Positions 40,874 through 55,471 of a stretch of DNA of 64,000 nucleotides are shown in pieces (positions within the stretch are counted from its first letter, which is position 1; each line of letters starts with the position of its first letter). The translations under genes and the position numbers were made by a program. The notes beneath the pieces are model-generated. The model worked only from the letters and a program-made list of their open reading frames with translations, searched no databases and was not told the origin of the DNA. The stretch is from Spongospora subterranea f. sp. subterranea (taxonomy: Eukaryota), in contig JAUGWO010000129.1 in the NCBI GenBank assembly GCA_049724395.1, positions 1 to 64,000 on the forward strand, read 5' to 3'.

Positions 40874-42266
40874 ATGTGGGTGACGGTTGTCGTCGGCGGG
40901 GCGCTCAAGATCAGGATACCATGCGGCGAGGGCTGCCAGCGCATCGGATGGCTGCAAGCGGAAACAATCCGCAGATGGGGCGAGAGAAAAGAACATGAAC
41001 CGCTGCGTATCCTGGAGATGAAAACAGTGACGAATGCGGGCCTGGATCCAGATGACCAGATCGCAGATGTTTTAAGTGATGGCGATACCGTCATTGCCGT
41101 TCTCAAAACCTCGTTCGATCGGGTAATGGTTGGGGATATGTTCGCGCATAGGTTGAATGGAGTGCAGTCGGCATACGACTGGTCGTTCACCAATTTAGCA
41201 GGTATTATATAACTGGGATAATTGGAGAAGGCACATATGGGCACGTCTTCAAGGCACGAGATTTGGAACTTGAACGCGGCGTGGCACTAAAATGTTTAAA
41301 GAAGTCTAAAGCTAACAGACTGAACACCAAGCGCTTTTTAAGAGAAGCTCGACTAACCGCGTCTCTTGGTAATCTGAAGCTATTGTTGGAAAAGTATCCA
41401 ATTTGTTTCCAGGAAGTCACGCGAATATTGTCACCGTATATGACACAGGTTGCGCCGACGACGGTACCTTATTTTTAGTCATGGAGCTGCTTCATGGCGA
41501 ATCGATGGGCCAGTTCGTAGACAGGCATATTGAAAGGAGGACTCCTATTCATGAGAGTGTGTACGTTGAAATATTTTTGGCTATTCTCGCAGGGCTCAAC
41601 GCTGCTCATTCTAACATACCTCCAATTATCCATCGAGATTTGAAACCTGACAACGTGTATTTATCAAAACATCCAGATTCCACTGGTAAATTCTCTCGTT
41701 TTGATAAAGCTCTTATATAATTCAATCTATGTTGAGCAGACCACTTCATTCCAGTGTTGTTGGATTTTGGGATTGCAGTCTCCGCAGAAAAGTCGCAAGA
41801 TACGGCAGCTTGTGGTACTCGGATGTATTCTTCACCAGAGCAGACCCGAAAGGTTGGTGCGGACACAGAAGTCTTTGTTTATGATACATCGCTTTGTGAC
41901 AGTAAATATTAGGGAGCGAAGATTGATGCAAGGAGTGATTTATGGAGTATTGGAGTGATGCTTTATCAGTGCGCGACATTACTGGTAGATGTGCCATTTG
42001 ATCCCTTCGATTTGCGGTTGTCAAGTGGGTCATATCCCATATTGATTTATGTTCTTTTCATCCGATTTCCAGAGTTCTCTGTGCCAGACGTAAGAGAACA
42101 CTCAGTTGGCACTCTATCTCAAGGAATGGCATTGATCATCATGAAATCACTGGAAGTTGACCCTAACCAACGATTTCAGTCAGCTCTAAAATTCCGAGAA
42201 GCGCTTTTAGAATTGCCATCAATGCGCCAACTGGACCCGAAATCGTCTTCGCTCAGCAGGCTTTAA
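40874..42266 (+). CDS. Ser/Thr protein kinase (PknB/Pkn2-like) with an N-terminal Par3/HAL-type ubiquitin-like domain
   Basis: MWVTVVVGGALKIRIPCGEG..IGWL..IRRW..LDPDDQIADVL, then IGEGTYGHVFKARDLELERGVALK, RFLREARLTASL, HANIVTVYD, HRDLKPDNV, LLDFGIA, GTRMYSSPEQ, DARSDLWSIGVML. Confidence 0.9.
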
Positions 42267-42367
42267 TCGAAATCTTTAGGCTCACTGATATATTCACCAT
42301 TATTTATTTCAACATATCGGTTTCAGTAATTCATAAAACCTATGACAGAATAGGCCTCGGTGGCAGA

Positions 42368-42987
42368 TCAGTTCTGTTTGCGTCCCTTCTTGCCCTTGTG
42401 GTTGCCATTTCCGGAGGATATTGCCACAACTACCGGCTCAACGGTGGACGGTACGACCTCCTCAGGGACAGACATCTCCTTCTCTTTCTTATCAGCGATT
42501 GTTGCAGAAGGTGGTGCAGCCTTCTCCCCCCATTCCACATGCATTGGCGACGCTGGGCCAGCATGTGATGGCCACACGTATCCTTCACTGCTTAATAATT
42601 AGCTCTATCACTTTTAACAATGTCGTATAAACCACCTACATTGGCTTCGACTCGTGTTGAAATGTTCTTTGTGAAATGGGTGGCTCATCAGTATCTGATG
42701 GTATTGCCGCTGCTGCCATGGCAGAAAATTGGGCCGCTAGTGGATGTCGGATTCTAGTGTGGGCATTCTCTTCGTCTATACCATCATCTAACAGCAAATG
42801 ATGACGATCCGCATCACTATATAATAAACCTGTGCCACTTCATCAGAAAAGCGAGAAAGGTTCACTAAGCTCTTGGAGTACCATGAGGTTTATAGCGATC
42901 ATAGGCAGAACGAAGGCAGCATATCAGAAGCAGTACGACAACGATTACAATCAGGGCAATATATATCCCAGCTGTCTCATTCTTCAT
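42368..42987 (-). CDS. Hypothetical single-pass membrane protein
   Basis: TM segment IYIALIVIVVVLLLICCL at ~42915-42966, GT-AG-separated downstream exons and a Lys-rich tail. Reading frame not cleanly resolvable. Confidence 0.4.
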
Positions 42988-43195
42988 GGTTTGATCAGCA
43001 AACTCGATTGTTGATCAGTTGGTGATATGATTCATATTGGTACGGTATACACTACAGACCAATATTTGTCCAAAGGCCAAGCTGTCGCGTAATGATGGTT
43101 GCTCATCACAGGATATTGGCGAGGTAGCGCCATCTAGCTGGCTGCCAGGCATACCACTGGAGATAATTAATTATTCACGTTGTATTGAAACAGTT

Positions 43196-43964
43196 CTAAT
43201 CTAGCATATAGATGCGGCTGGCGATATCTTCCACCAGCCAATCGACGCCATCCTTGAGGCCTTGTCCGCTGGTTGCACATATTGCTACCACCTTGACATG
43301 ATGCGTTAGAATCTTGCCCAATTGTAACACAGCGCTTATCTCCCGCTCTGATAATGCCCCATCCAGATCTTGCTTATTCGCTAGTATCAACAACGACGCC
43401 CCTGCAAGACGCTAACACCAATTGGTTTATCGCCAAACGATTCATTATCAGTCTTACCTCTTCTTTCAATGTCTCATGGAGATGCGTTCTGCACTCTTTT
43501 AATCTTCTTATATCGGCACTATCTACAACCCAGATTAGACCATCAGTCTGCTCGAAATAATTTCGCCAATAGGATCTTATGGTGTTTTGTCCGCCAACAT
43601 CCCAAATGTTAAGTGAATAACTAAAACAACAAACATTTAGCCACAATTAGCATCTACACAAAATGCAAACAACTGACCCTCTATACTCAAGAGTTGAAAT
43701 CTGAAATCCTAATGTTGGACTAATCTGGACAAAATAATCAATGGATAGTGTTGTGGCCGAGACCTTGGGCAGACCGTATCGACGTCCTCTCCAGAAAACT
43801 GTTTGACCGTTGTCGTCTTACCAGCGTTATCTAATCCCCTAAAAGAAAACATGCAAATAGTTAATTCGGCGAACTGAATTAAACTACGATTCCATTTACA
43901 GCATCAGTATTCGCATCTCCTTCTCTTTTCGTTTGATCTTCTTTAATATATGAAGAAGCCCCAT
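43196..43964 (-). CDS. ARL2: ADP-ribosylation factor-like GTPase 2
   Basis: [78 protein letters not shown]. Confidence 0.96.
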
Positions 43965-44249
43965 AATGAAACCGTCAAATGGCTATTCGAAATTCAAAAA
44001 TAATTCCGATCGTCGCCTTAAGAATGGATTCGCGACAATCACAAAGCAAGGTTTCCCTGTAGTTGGATACCGTCAGGAGTAGCCAATTAACCAGAGTGTA
44101 AACCCCGCAAGACTTGACAAGGAATCGTAAAAACCTACGCGCTGGGTACCGGCAAGGAAGGACAGAATTCCAACTGAACGGATTAAATGTCGCGCCGTTG
44201 CGATGATTATCAAGATGGTTGACTCAAGGGTTTCGCTTATAACAGTAAA

Positions 44250-47200
44250 CTATTGTTTTTCATTGTGATTAGAATTCTCGAATGACTCTTTACTGTTCCC
44301 TCTTTGGTTCAACTTCTGCAACAGTTCCAACGCGATTAACCACGCCCTGGCTGCCTCTGGGGTTTGTGCCTCAAACGACAAGCTCGCCTTTTGAAGCCGG
44401 TTAAAAACTGCAAAACTGGACGCCGGATCTGGGTTTCTCCCGGTTAATGACTTTTTCTGCAAATCAGCTGTGCACGCTCCAGGCCTATTCAAAAGCTAAA
44501 CCATTGTTTATGACGGTTCAAAGTATGGCACCAACCGAATTTCGCTAACATGGCAGAATCCTAGAGACTCAGACTTGGACCCCTTTGGGTCTTGCCATAT
44601 GAGATATTGGCAATCTTCTGACACCGACAATAACCTATGATTGCCTTTGGGCATTTTCCGGAATATGGCTCCAGCTACAGCGAAAGCGTTGTTACGATAT
44701 GAAGACTGCGGAGCGATGCAAGTTACCGGTAATCATATGGAGCATATCTTTGGGGACACGATCCCGAATGCTGCCGATATGAGCATCCATCGCAGCCAAC
44801 TCGTCCATGCGCGTTAGAAATTTTTGGCAAGCCTTCATCGTCACTTTGTTGTTGGTATGGCGAGACATCAGCTCTTTTACAAGCTTTGGAGCTTTCTCCC
44901 GGAGCAAAACCGAATACGATGCCATCTCGACTACTACCTGTTACAAATCACTTCACCACAATTACGGAGCCAGGTAGTTTTCCAAAATCAAATACCATGT
45001 TGGTGAGAGTTCTGACAAACTTTTCTATTATAATGGCGGAATCAGAATTGGCTGCTAGCGACAGCAAGATTAGGTTTATACAGCGGTGTTCTAGCATTTG
45101 CCTGGTCCCAGTGGGATACATTGCTAGACCACACCATAGCCCAGCAACAGATTTTACGAACTGGACGTTATGCGGGAACTGTTGTAGAAGCTCGGCAACG
45201 CGGATTATGAAGGGCAAAGAATTCCGAACATTTTCTGGCGAACCTGTTGCACCGACTGGGATACATACTTGCCAATTCAGATATTGCTTGCCAACCTATC
45301 ATAACCGTCCAACATTTGATGCATTCTGTTAACAGCTCCACGTTCTCTCGTCGTCTTTCCATCAAACTCTGTGGCCATTCAATTGCTCCTTGAGTGGCAA
45401 TCTGTACAAACGTGTGAGCCCAACGATATCCTTAACCGCTTTCGACGGTACATCTGCGCAAGCCAATTCTGACGAGTTTGCGATGACAGAAATCAGGTTT
45501 AGAACAGACTTAACCACGACAAAGTCAAGATCGTGCTCTTCTCCTGATTTAATTGCTTTCGTAGGAATTGATCGATCAATCATAATATTGCAAATCTGTT
45601 CGTTAAAAGAAAGATCAGCGAGAAGGCTAATAGCCAGACTCGATGTCTCGGCATCTTGAGAAAGAAGTATTTCAACTTGTTTCAACAGGAGATCGAGTCC
45701 TCCTGAATAACTTTGAGCAATGAACGAAATGTATTATTCTTGCGTGTGCAATACCTAGTTTGCAGATGAGGGCAGGTATCGCTGAGTTTTGATTGACAGA
45801 GCATATTTTATGCAGAAAATTCAGAACCGCAAGAATAATGGCTGGATGCCCAGTATACTTTTCCCAAAGAGAAAGCATTATTTGAACCCCTTTCTGACGA
45901 ACTATTGCGTCTTTGCTCTTGGCATTACATCCTGATAGATTTTGTACGGTTTGTGACGCCTACATTAAGAATTTAGCTCTGGTTTACTTTCTAAATCATC
46001 ATCATACTTGTTCTGAAAGTTGCACGTTATCAATATGCTTTTTTATGATGTTGCCAATCAGTTTAACGACATTATCGTTGATTAGTCTATCTGCATTATC
46101 AGGTACTGCCGCTAAGGTAGCGACATATTTCATTGCAACCTAAGATCAGGATTGTGGTCAGTTTAGAAGTTAAATTTTCACCGAAAAAACGTCTGACTTG
46201 TAAAGCAACAGTGTCCGCAGCAAAATCTGGGCGATCCAATGCTTGTGCGGCAACCCTCCCTCCGCCTTGTTCAACAATCAGAACTTTGTTAGCATTGTTC
46301 ATGTATGAGATGTTTGTTAAGGCTACTAAGGCGCTAATTGCAAGCCCTGGCGACGAATTTTGGTCTAATACTGAGATTACCAGAGCAATTCCTCCTTCTA
46401 GATTACAGGAAGTCAATTATTCAGTAAGAAGCCAATTCGAGGCCAGGCTAAGTCAAAGGTTACCTTTTACTACTTCAGCAATGTTTGCTGGATTACGATA
46501 CGCAACCAGAGCAACGGTTTCAATGCACGATTGAAAGAGCTCTTCAGTTTGAGAGAAATGCGCAAAATATGCTCGGGCAACGTTAAAAATGGCAGGTATC
46601 CCCCCATGAATGCCAATTAATGACTTGAGCTGTTCATCTTCGCTCAGTATTGATAAGATGCGCGTCAACCTATTACTGGTTACGAAACCACCAATTGTGC
46701 AGCAATAGAAGCCCCGTACCAAAGAAGAACTGATGCTGAGTTGATGTGAACGTATAGCGCACGAATTATCGCCACAATGCCGGCCCCTCGCCATGCCTTA
46801 GTTCTGAGTTTATTCGCTGAACAAAAATGATTTTGCTCGGTTCTCCTCACCGATTTTTTTTCGTTAGTAAACTGAGCATTGATGAGCCGCCAAATCCCAG
46901 TTGCAATGGCAACGCTTAGATCTACATCCTCCGGAAACCTGATGTTCCAAATAACGAATATGTTAACTATGCTTTGAAACAGGTCCAACCTATTCAAAGC
47001 TTGTAGTAGTCTCTGCAAGGCTGTCAGCTCAGAGGACAAAGAAGAATCTTTGGCTTCAATAACATCATTGCAAAGCTGCTCAACCGCCTCCTATTTAACA
47101 ATTTTATCCATAACCCTTCAGATTGGCGTGTTTTGGATTTGTAGTACCTGACTTTCGTTAAAACTGATTGCTTCAACTATTGGCAGATCTGCGACCTGTC

Positions 47201-50200
47201 AAAGTAATGTGGTGATGTCTGACTCTTAATTTGACTGACAATGGCACGTACACGAATCCGTTTCAAGATGGAATTGGCTAGAATGAGATGCTGTTTTTCT
47301 CCAGACCAATGCGTTTGCATCAAGAACCTGAAACATGTGATCAGAAATTAAGGAAGCCACATCCTCCCGGAGCCGCTTACAAAATATCTTTTTCAATATC
47401 AGTTAAGAGAAGAAATTCATCAGTAGAATCGTTCAAACTAAAATCCAGGGGTAATTAGTTTGGTGAACATGTACACTGAGGCGACGCCTCACATTTTCAG
47501 CGCCGCAATTGCTAAACGCATATTAGAAGGAGCTGAACGCATGGTCATGATCAGAAATGATGCGTTGTTGCCGATCAGTTGTTGCGTCAAAATCTGTGAA
47601 GCATTTTTACAGTCGATGCAATTTTGTTGAAATCGACGGACCTGATCATCGCGCTGTTCCTGCAATGAGGCCGAAAGAGAATCGATGTTGTCGGCAGCGG
47701 CTAACAATTCAGTGTCCCCAACCCACTGATCCTTAAATACGCTTCGAAATAGAATTCAGTGTTGAAAGACGGCGTTCAAACACAGACAACATACTCTACT
47801 ACGTCCTTTGCTGAAGCAATCGATTCGGCGTCTTGGTCGCAGAGCCTGCGGCACCGATAATCAGTTAAATTATTCTCAATCTTGGGGAGGTCATACATTC
47901 TCATAATCTGTTTTGCTATTGTTTTGTTGCCGCCGTGAGCTTTCAAGACAGAGAGAAGAAATTCGGTACTAATTGGCGACCCTTCAGATCGCAGGACCTT
48001 GCCGTATTCGCGTCTGGCATCGGACCTCTTCGAATTAAGGATAAACATGTTTTCATCGGAAACTGATGTTTCAAGAAATTCTGTTGCATCCGCGTTAAGC
48101 ATGAGAGAAATCAAGTCAAGTCCTGGAAGTCAGATCAGTGCGCTTCCTATTGAAAATTCCCATTCGTTCGCTGTTAATACCTAGCTTGCATATCTCTGCT
48201 ACTGCAAAATGTTTTTCCACTGCTGCACGAATAGCATTTTGTAGACGCATATCCCATTTAACTTCCTTGAGGAAGGCTTGGTTCTGAGCAAGTTTGTGTA
48301 ATATTTGAATGCATTGCAGCTGTATTTCTGCGTCGTCCCAGTACTGGCTCATGCATTCCCAAACGAACATCCCAATTTCGGGACCTAATGCGATAATATC
48401 CTCTTCAATTGCATAATCAAGAATAACTCTGATGGAGGAGAGTGCAACGCGAACACTGTTGGAATCCAAGTCCAAATGGGTGACAGCGCTTGCCATACAC
48501 GAAATTATGTCTCTGAGTAAGAGTAAGGAGCTTAGTTTGCAGCATACACAACGGAAACTAGGAATACTTTGCCGGTAGCGAAGGTCGGTGCTTTACTAAG
48601 TTGATAATGCATTGGCACATACTAAGGCATGCACGGTTGACGTCTTTAGATGCCTGTCAAATTTAACAACAATACTGAGGCAACCGGGATAAAACAACAA
48701 ACGGTTCCTTACGAAGGTACAATCAACAATTTGACTGATGGTGTTAATGAGGCCTTGCTCCACAAGCTGCTGAGCAACTTCCCCTGACGGGGCAGATTCA
48801 GCAACTTGGATTAAAATTGGAATGACCATATAAGAGAATTCATCATAGTGCGGGAACTTGTTAAGAGCATCTAACAATTGCCACGTTTCTGCGCTTTCAT
48901 CTAACAAGGCTGCGATAGCCACAAGAGCTGATCGTTGACTTGGAGTTTCATCAGCCATTGTTAAGGACTAAACAAAAAAAGTAAACACATGTGAAACACA
49001 CCTCACCAAGGCCGATACCTTCAATGCGGAATGAATCACTCGTGGTACAGTCTTATTTTTCAGAAAGGACACAGCTTTGGAATGTGTGCGACGTAAGGCG
49101 CTGATAAGCGTAGCTTTTTCATCAATTCCACGAGCGTAGACGTCTGCCTGGCTAACAACAGCCGACCGCCTCGAATTTTCGGAACCAGTTGAAAGAAGAA
49201 TTTGAAGCTTATCTGACAGAATATCTATCTGCCTCAATGAATCCTGAAAGTGATACGTTAACAATAGCGTAGCAATTGTTGGTGATGAATCATACAGTAA
49301 TGAGTTTAGGTAATGCCTGATCAATTGACATTGCTGAAAAGGAATGATGCTCTTCGCGTTTTCTTCCAACCAATAATTCTTCAGATTGCCAGCATAACTC
49401 ACACAAAACAAGAAGAGCAGTTTCGCCCACGCTCGATTCCAAATGTGGCAAAATTTGCTTTACCTAAAAGCAGTCAACGGAGGAGAGATGGGTGGGCAAA
49501 ATAAAAATATTTGCCTGCGCAAACGTAACAGCTCGCTGTTGTTCAGATAGCCGAGTTTGCCCTTTCACAGCATTATGGACAAACGTTATAACAGTGGACA
49601 TCAATTGATTGTTCCGATCCGCTTTGGTCAGTAAGCAAGAAATCAAAGGAACAGCTTCCTCTTTGATTACCATCGTTTCATTATTCTGAAATACAAGTCA
49701 AATGGCAGTTTCAAAAAAACAAGGATGTACATTTATCAGTTCAAGAATTGTAGACAACTCTTGAGGATCGTCAAGCAAAGGTATTGCGCTGAGCAGCAAC
49801 GATACCCACGATTTTGTCATTTCGCCATTTGTCTTGATGGCCACAGATACGAGCTCGTGAGCTGTGGCACGATGGCTTCCAACTTGCTCGAAAATGCCCG
49901 GAATTTCGCTGATAGAATAAATAGATTCCGGTGAAAACAAAGCTGACCATATCAGGTAAATTACAAGAACCGGGAAACGATGAGTTCTCACCTACAAACC
50001 TAAAATATGCTTCGACTAGGGCAGGAGCAGCGTGAACAGCTGACTTGATTATTTGCAGACCATTTTCTTCTTTCTGTAATAAGAAATTTTGGTAAAACAC
50101 TAAACGTCACACATAAAATAACCAATACCATTTGCCTTCTAGCCTCACTGGAACTGCTTGCCATCTCCGTTATAGCGAAAATTGCATTTATCTGCGTATC

Positions 50201-53200
50201 TGGGTGATGAGTGCAGTGTTGAATAACAGAAAGTAAGATTGGAATTGAATTTGTCTGAACAAGGGCCTGTAAATTCTCTTCTGAAAGCGCAAACATGGCT
50301 AGCTTTTCAACTAGGCCGGAACAGTCTGAGCCGTTTTGCAACGATGTGGCAAGATCTTGTACAGCATGATATATATCATCTGCAGATATTGTGCCCTGGA
50401 ACAATTGAATTGCTCTGCCAACAATGGAATCATTACTGCGGTGCAACCGGACGCAGTGAGCAACTGTCTGGAGACCGTCTAACTCCTTCAGCAGTTCAAC
50501 GGTCAAGGAGGCATCTCTTTCCATCTATCCAGAGAATATTATTGATTTCAAAAGAAGAAGTAACCCAACATACTAGAGCTTCTAAAGTTTTGAGTCCTGC
50601 TTGGGTTGCACTAGAAGATGAGGAAAAGTTTGAGAGTTTCTCTAAACACGATTGTACCGCTAGAGCATGAATCTCGTGAACAATGCGGGCATTCCCTGGA
50701 CAGTTCAAAATCACTTCCATTGCTGATAAATAATTAGACGCTCCAGCTGCAATGCAGGGACAGATACATTAGACACCGACATAGAACAAAAGAGACACCT
50801 TTTTACCTCCGTCAACGGCAGATCTATGCCTCAACAAGATGGAATCCAATGCAATATGTGCTGATTCGTCTAATCGAAGAATGTCCACGATTAATGGCAG
50901 CACGTTTGACGCCGATTCCGGACACAGGTCTAGCACATTTAACAAGTGAGGGAAAAGGTCTTCCTCAAAATTGATATGGCCGGTAATCATTCCAGGCGTT
51001 TTCAACAGCGATGCGATAAACTGAGAAGCCCAATTCGCCATATCTGCACTCTCAGGTGACCTGGTCCATGCAGCAAATACCGCTTCAACACCACCAAGAT
51101 CAGAAATTACCTGGAATGGGTTAGTAGTTGCATATGACATCAAACACAATTTTCTGAACGCACCTGAATATTATGCTTGTCTTTGCAAAGAGCTGACAAG
51201 CATTGTGTCAGGTATGCCGTTTTGGCAGAAGAAATTGGATCGAGTGATTTCGTGGATTATTTGTTGAACGAGCTTAGTGTCGCGGCCCATTTTTGATGCT
51301 GCAGGCAAGCCTCCTCGCATCAGTAGTGACGATAGTCTACAGAGATTAGCTTGTACGCATGCTCAGATCGGTAGCTGACGTTGCTTACGTTGATGCAGCA
51401 GCCGCATCATCAGGCAAAGCTTTGCTGATGGTTGACAAACCACCATCATGGAAGATTGGCGCCACATTAGGTAAGAATTGAGCCATTTTTTGAATCAGTA
51501 AAATATTCACATCTTGAAATTGATTAACAACTTCGAGTAGTTCTGGATAATCAGACCTGGAGAAGTATACTCGGCAATAAGACATTGACGCTGTTGAAAA
51601 GGCAATATGTACCGTTTCGATAAAAGCGTGGCATGATGAGGGGAAGATATACATGCCGTCAATAACTTGATAAGCGCACGCCTTTGACCTGGCGATTTGG
51701 AAGATAAAATAGCAGAAATGATAATGCTATGTCCGTCGTTATCGAAAATTACATCAACATTGCGCGCGTTAACCTGCAAAAAAAGCTTTCAGGTTGTTAG
51801 AGAGGAATGCAAAACCTGTCCCTAACCTTGGTACACGTAAGTAAATTTTCGATCGACTGCGGTTTCATCAGGTTCTCCAGAGACGATACAATAAGTAGTC
51901 TGTTATCTGAGCCAAAGCATCGTCATGATTAAAATATCCCTACACAATGACAAAACGTAACATACCCATTCTAGCAATGTAAGTCGATATTGCAGCCGAG
52001 AGCGTTGCTAAAGCCAACCGCAAACACCTGAAAAAGCGTCTTGCCCTGAATGCCCTGAACCTTGTCTGAATATAGGTCGCTGCTTCAGCCTGAGATCAAA
52101 TATTATCATCATGAACATCTGCTCGGTGCAACGCGATACCTTCGTTTCGTATCTTTTTTTCTCCAAGATCTCGAACGTCTCAGCTTTGATGAAAATTTTG
52201 GTCGTCCCTTGAACAATCCCTTCATTATCCTTTTCGGATATAACTTCAAGTAGCGTTGATATATTGGGCTTTTGGCCGCGCAGATGCAGTGGAACGATGC
52301 ACCAATACCGGTCAAGAAAGGTTTCTGTTTCAAGATTTAGCATTCAATCTTGCAATTGAATCTAAGACCTACCTTCTGACCGCCGTTGTGCGAACCCTTC
52401 CTGGCGAATACGTATCGTCTCCAACGCTCCGATATATCTATAAGTACTGAATCTTCTTTGTCATTAACTCAGTCAGCACCTACCGCAGTTGGCGATTAAT
52501 TAAGGCGTTTTGGAATTGATCAGCGAGACACTGATCATTAGATTTTATGCATCTAATGAAATTTGGCTGACTTTTGTACAATGTATCACATAAATCCATG
52601 AGGCTACGCCGAAATTCAAGTGCTAATGTTGATTTTGTTGTTGCCTTCTGCTTTTTCCCGCCTTCAACGAGCAATGAGTCTGCAATTACGTTGGAGAATG
52701 TCTGTTTCAAGAAAACATTTTTACACTGAGCTATTAGCCCAATCAGGTCCTTGGAGAACCTCTCCCTGTTTTTTGACAAAAACCCGGACATATCGTATCT
52801 CACTTTCCCAGCAAAATGATTGATACAGAACGCAGATCCTTTAAAGCGATCCATTTCGAAATATTCTGACCCTGAGTGTGTCGTGATTATCTTGCTAAGC
52901 AACGACTGATCGGTGCCTTTAGGAAAATGAGCCTCCTCGTTGATTAGAAAGAGGATTCCGACTGGACTCTGCAAAGAATCGTTTTAATGGAGTTGGTTTT
53001 TACGGGCATTTGCAAACCTGTTCTATCAAATCAATACAGCCTTGATTATCGGTAAAGTTGATATGAGTAATTTCGATGCCTTCTTGAGCATACTCATTTT
53101 GTTCCAGCCGGAAAACGTATTCATTGAACTGAAGCTGTAACCTCTCATTGGCGTAGTTTATGCACAACTGCTCAAAAGAATTTCGCTCAAATATTTCGAA

Positions 53201-55361
53201 TCCGAACACATCAAGCAGATAGATGCACGACTCATGTTTCTTATCAAACCTCAACTAAAACACTGCAATTGAGATCACACCATAATCACGACACCGTCCC
53301 CATACTGAGCTGTTCAATTTTGCCACTATCCAGTCAAAGGTCCTAGCATATATATGCTGAGATAATGTGTCTCTGGCGTCGACTGCCTGAAACCGATCTA
53401 ACGGAACTAGGAATACCTCGCCTGGATATACATGTCAACGATCCTTTCTTAAAGGGCATGAATCAACCTTTGATAGTGTTCGTGCGAGTAAGTAATGCTG
53501 TCTCCAAGGCTTCAGTATCGCAACCAAACAGGTACGCTGCCCAATTTAACACTAATGATATGAAATAAGACAAAAAACATAAAATTGTTGACGTCCTGAC
53601 CATCCCAATTTTCAACTTTTGATTCTTCTGCTGAAGTAAAGTTAATGTTACCCAGCCATAAAATCAACGCTAAATTGGTGAAGATTTCCCGTTGCTCAGA
53701 TAGTGAAAAACCAGCAGTAGTTAATGCGGCCTATCATTTCGGAAGACGATTTAAGTCATTATTCGAGATTCAGAATGAATCAGTTGAGCCAAATACCTTT
53801 AATCTATCGAACTCCAGTGCCCTATCTTCGCTTGGAATATTGTTGTCTTCCACCTGATTTAGGTAATGGTAGGTCTCCAAGTCGCGTAATTGATACAGGT
53901 CTGGTTAAACGTCACCAGTGCCCATGATACTAACTTTGTGATTTACCTTGTTCTGCTGCATCGACACTGCTCAAAAGATAGTAAAATACATGAAAATTTC
54001 TCTCGTGTGCGTTGAGCTTCGTGACCCGAGACTACACCATCAAGTATTATATATTCTTTTCACTTGTAATTTGTAAAAAAAATCGGTACCTTTTCAAGAA
54101 GAACTAAAAGAAATATTAAGTACGATAAATATAATGAATCAGTACTCTTACATGTTTGAAAACTTGCTCCCAGTAATCCTCCATATGTACCGAACTGTGC
54201 TTCAAGTAATTTTCCAAATCGGCCTAGTGGGAAACCGCTGTTATTGTCATGCTAAAATGCAATAATTGATCTTCTAACTAGAATTATGATTTCTAACAGT
54301 TTTAGCGTTTCCAAACGCTTCTAAAATTGGATTTGAGGCCATGATCATTTCATGAATATCAAAGCCATTGGAACCGTCAGATGCCGTCGCCGACGTGTTT
54401 CTGGCAGCGACTTCAGCTACGTATTGGAGCACTATCTTTGCAGCTTCCGTTTTACCAGCCCCGCTTTCTCCGCTGTAAACGTGTGATTCACATTCTACAT
54501 TTGCAGAAAATTTCTCAGATATACCTGATAATAACGGACTGGTTCCCTTCTCCACGAAGAATAGCCCGATAAACAGAGTCGGCAGTGGCGTAGATATGAG
54601 GTGGGTTATCACGAAGGGTCTTGCCGACATAAGCGTCAACAGTTTCTTGAGAAAACAAGTCGATTAGCTTGAACGGGTTCACCGATATTAATATCCCCCC
54701 CATATAAGTATAAATAATGTCTTGGTCAAAACGAATCCGGAGGTTGTATAGAATCGATGCCGTATGCAATGACTCCATCTCAATCATGTCATGATATCCT
54801 AGGTAGAGGTAAGCATTGTCGTTAATACATATATATATATATGGCGCAGACTACGCCGAAGTCACATCCTAAACTGGGGTTTGCCGATAATGCAGTCACA
54901 AATCAAAAAATTTGTGCTCCTGTTCCATGTCTAAATGACAGTAAACACAGCAATCCTAAGGATGTGTTCGTGTAGAGGAACGTCGTGCTGCGCAGCCAAT
55001 AACAACCAAAACGTAATGTATCTAGAATGTAGACTGTGTTGGGTGCGCTATCTTTGAGTACCGTATTGAGGATACGTAGGGGACGTTCAAACACTCAGTA
55101 AGCGGAAACGATATCACACTGTTACTATCGGTCAGCACTGAAACGATTCCACCACTGCTTGTCAGAATCCCGGCCTAACAAGAACCGAATCAGACCCAGA
55201 ACGTTCAATTGAAAAGCGGAACAGGCGACCTCTTTGTATACTTCAATCTCATCAGGTACGTATATGCTACCGATGATTGTGGGGGGAGTGAGATCCGCAT
55301 GCCCCTTTCGCGCAATCTGGTCATCGGATGCCAACTTGCCATCGATGTCGTCAATATCCAT
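44250..55361 (-). CDS. Unconventional myosin: motor domain, IQ-like neck, long ARM-repeat tail, C-terminal PH-like domain (tens of introns)
   Basis: [98 protein letters not shown]-like exons ([30 protein letters not shown]). PH-like end ([35 protein letters not shown]). Confidence 0.85.
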
Positions 55362-55471
55362 AAGCCCCGAACTTAGGAGTCTGATCTCAATTATGAGGGA
55401 ATTTTCTTCAAACCATGTAGTACTCTTTTTGACACAAATATCTAGAGTGGGTTCCCGATAACTGTTTCGTT

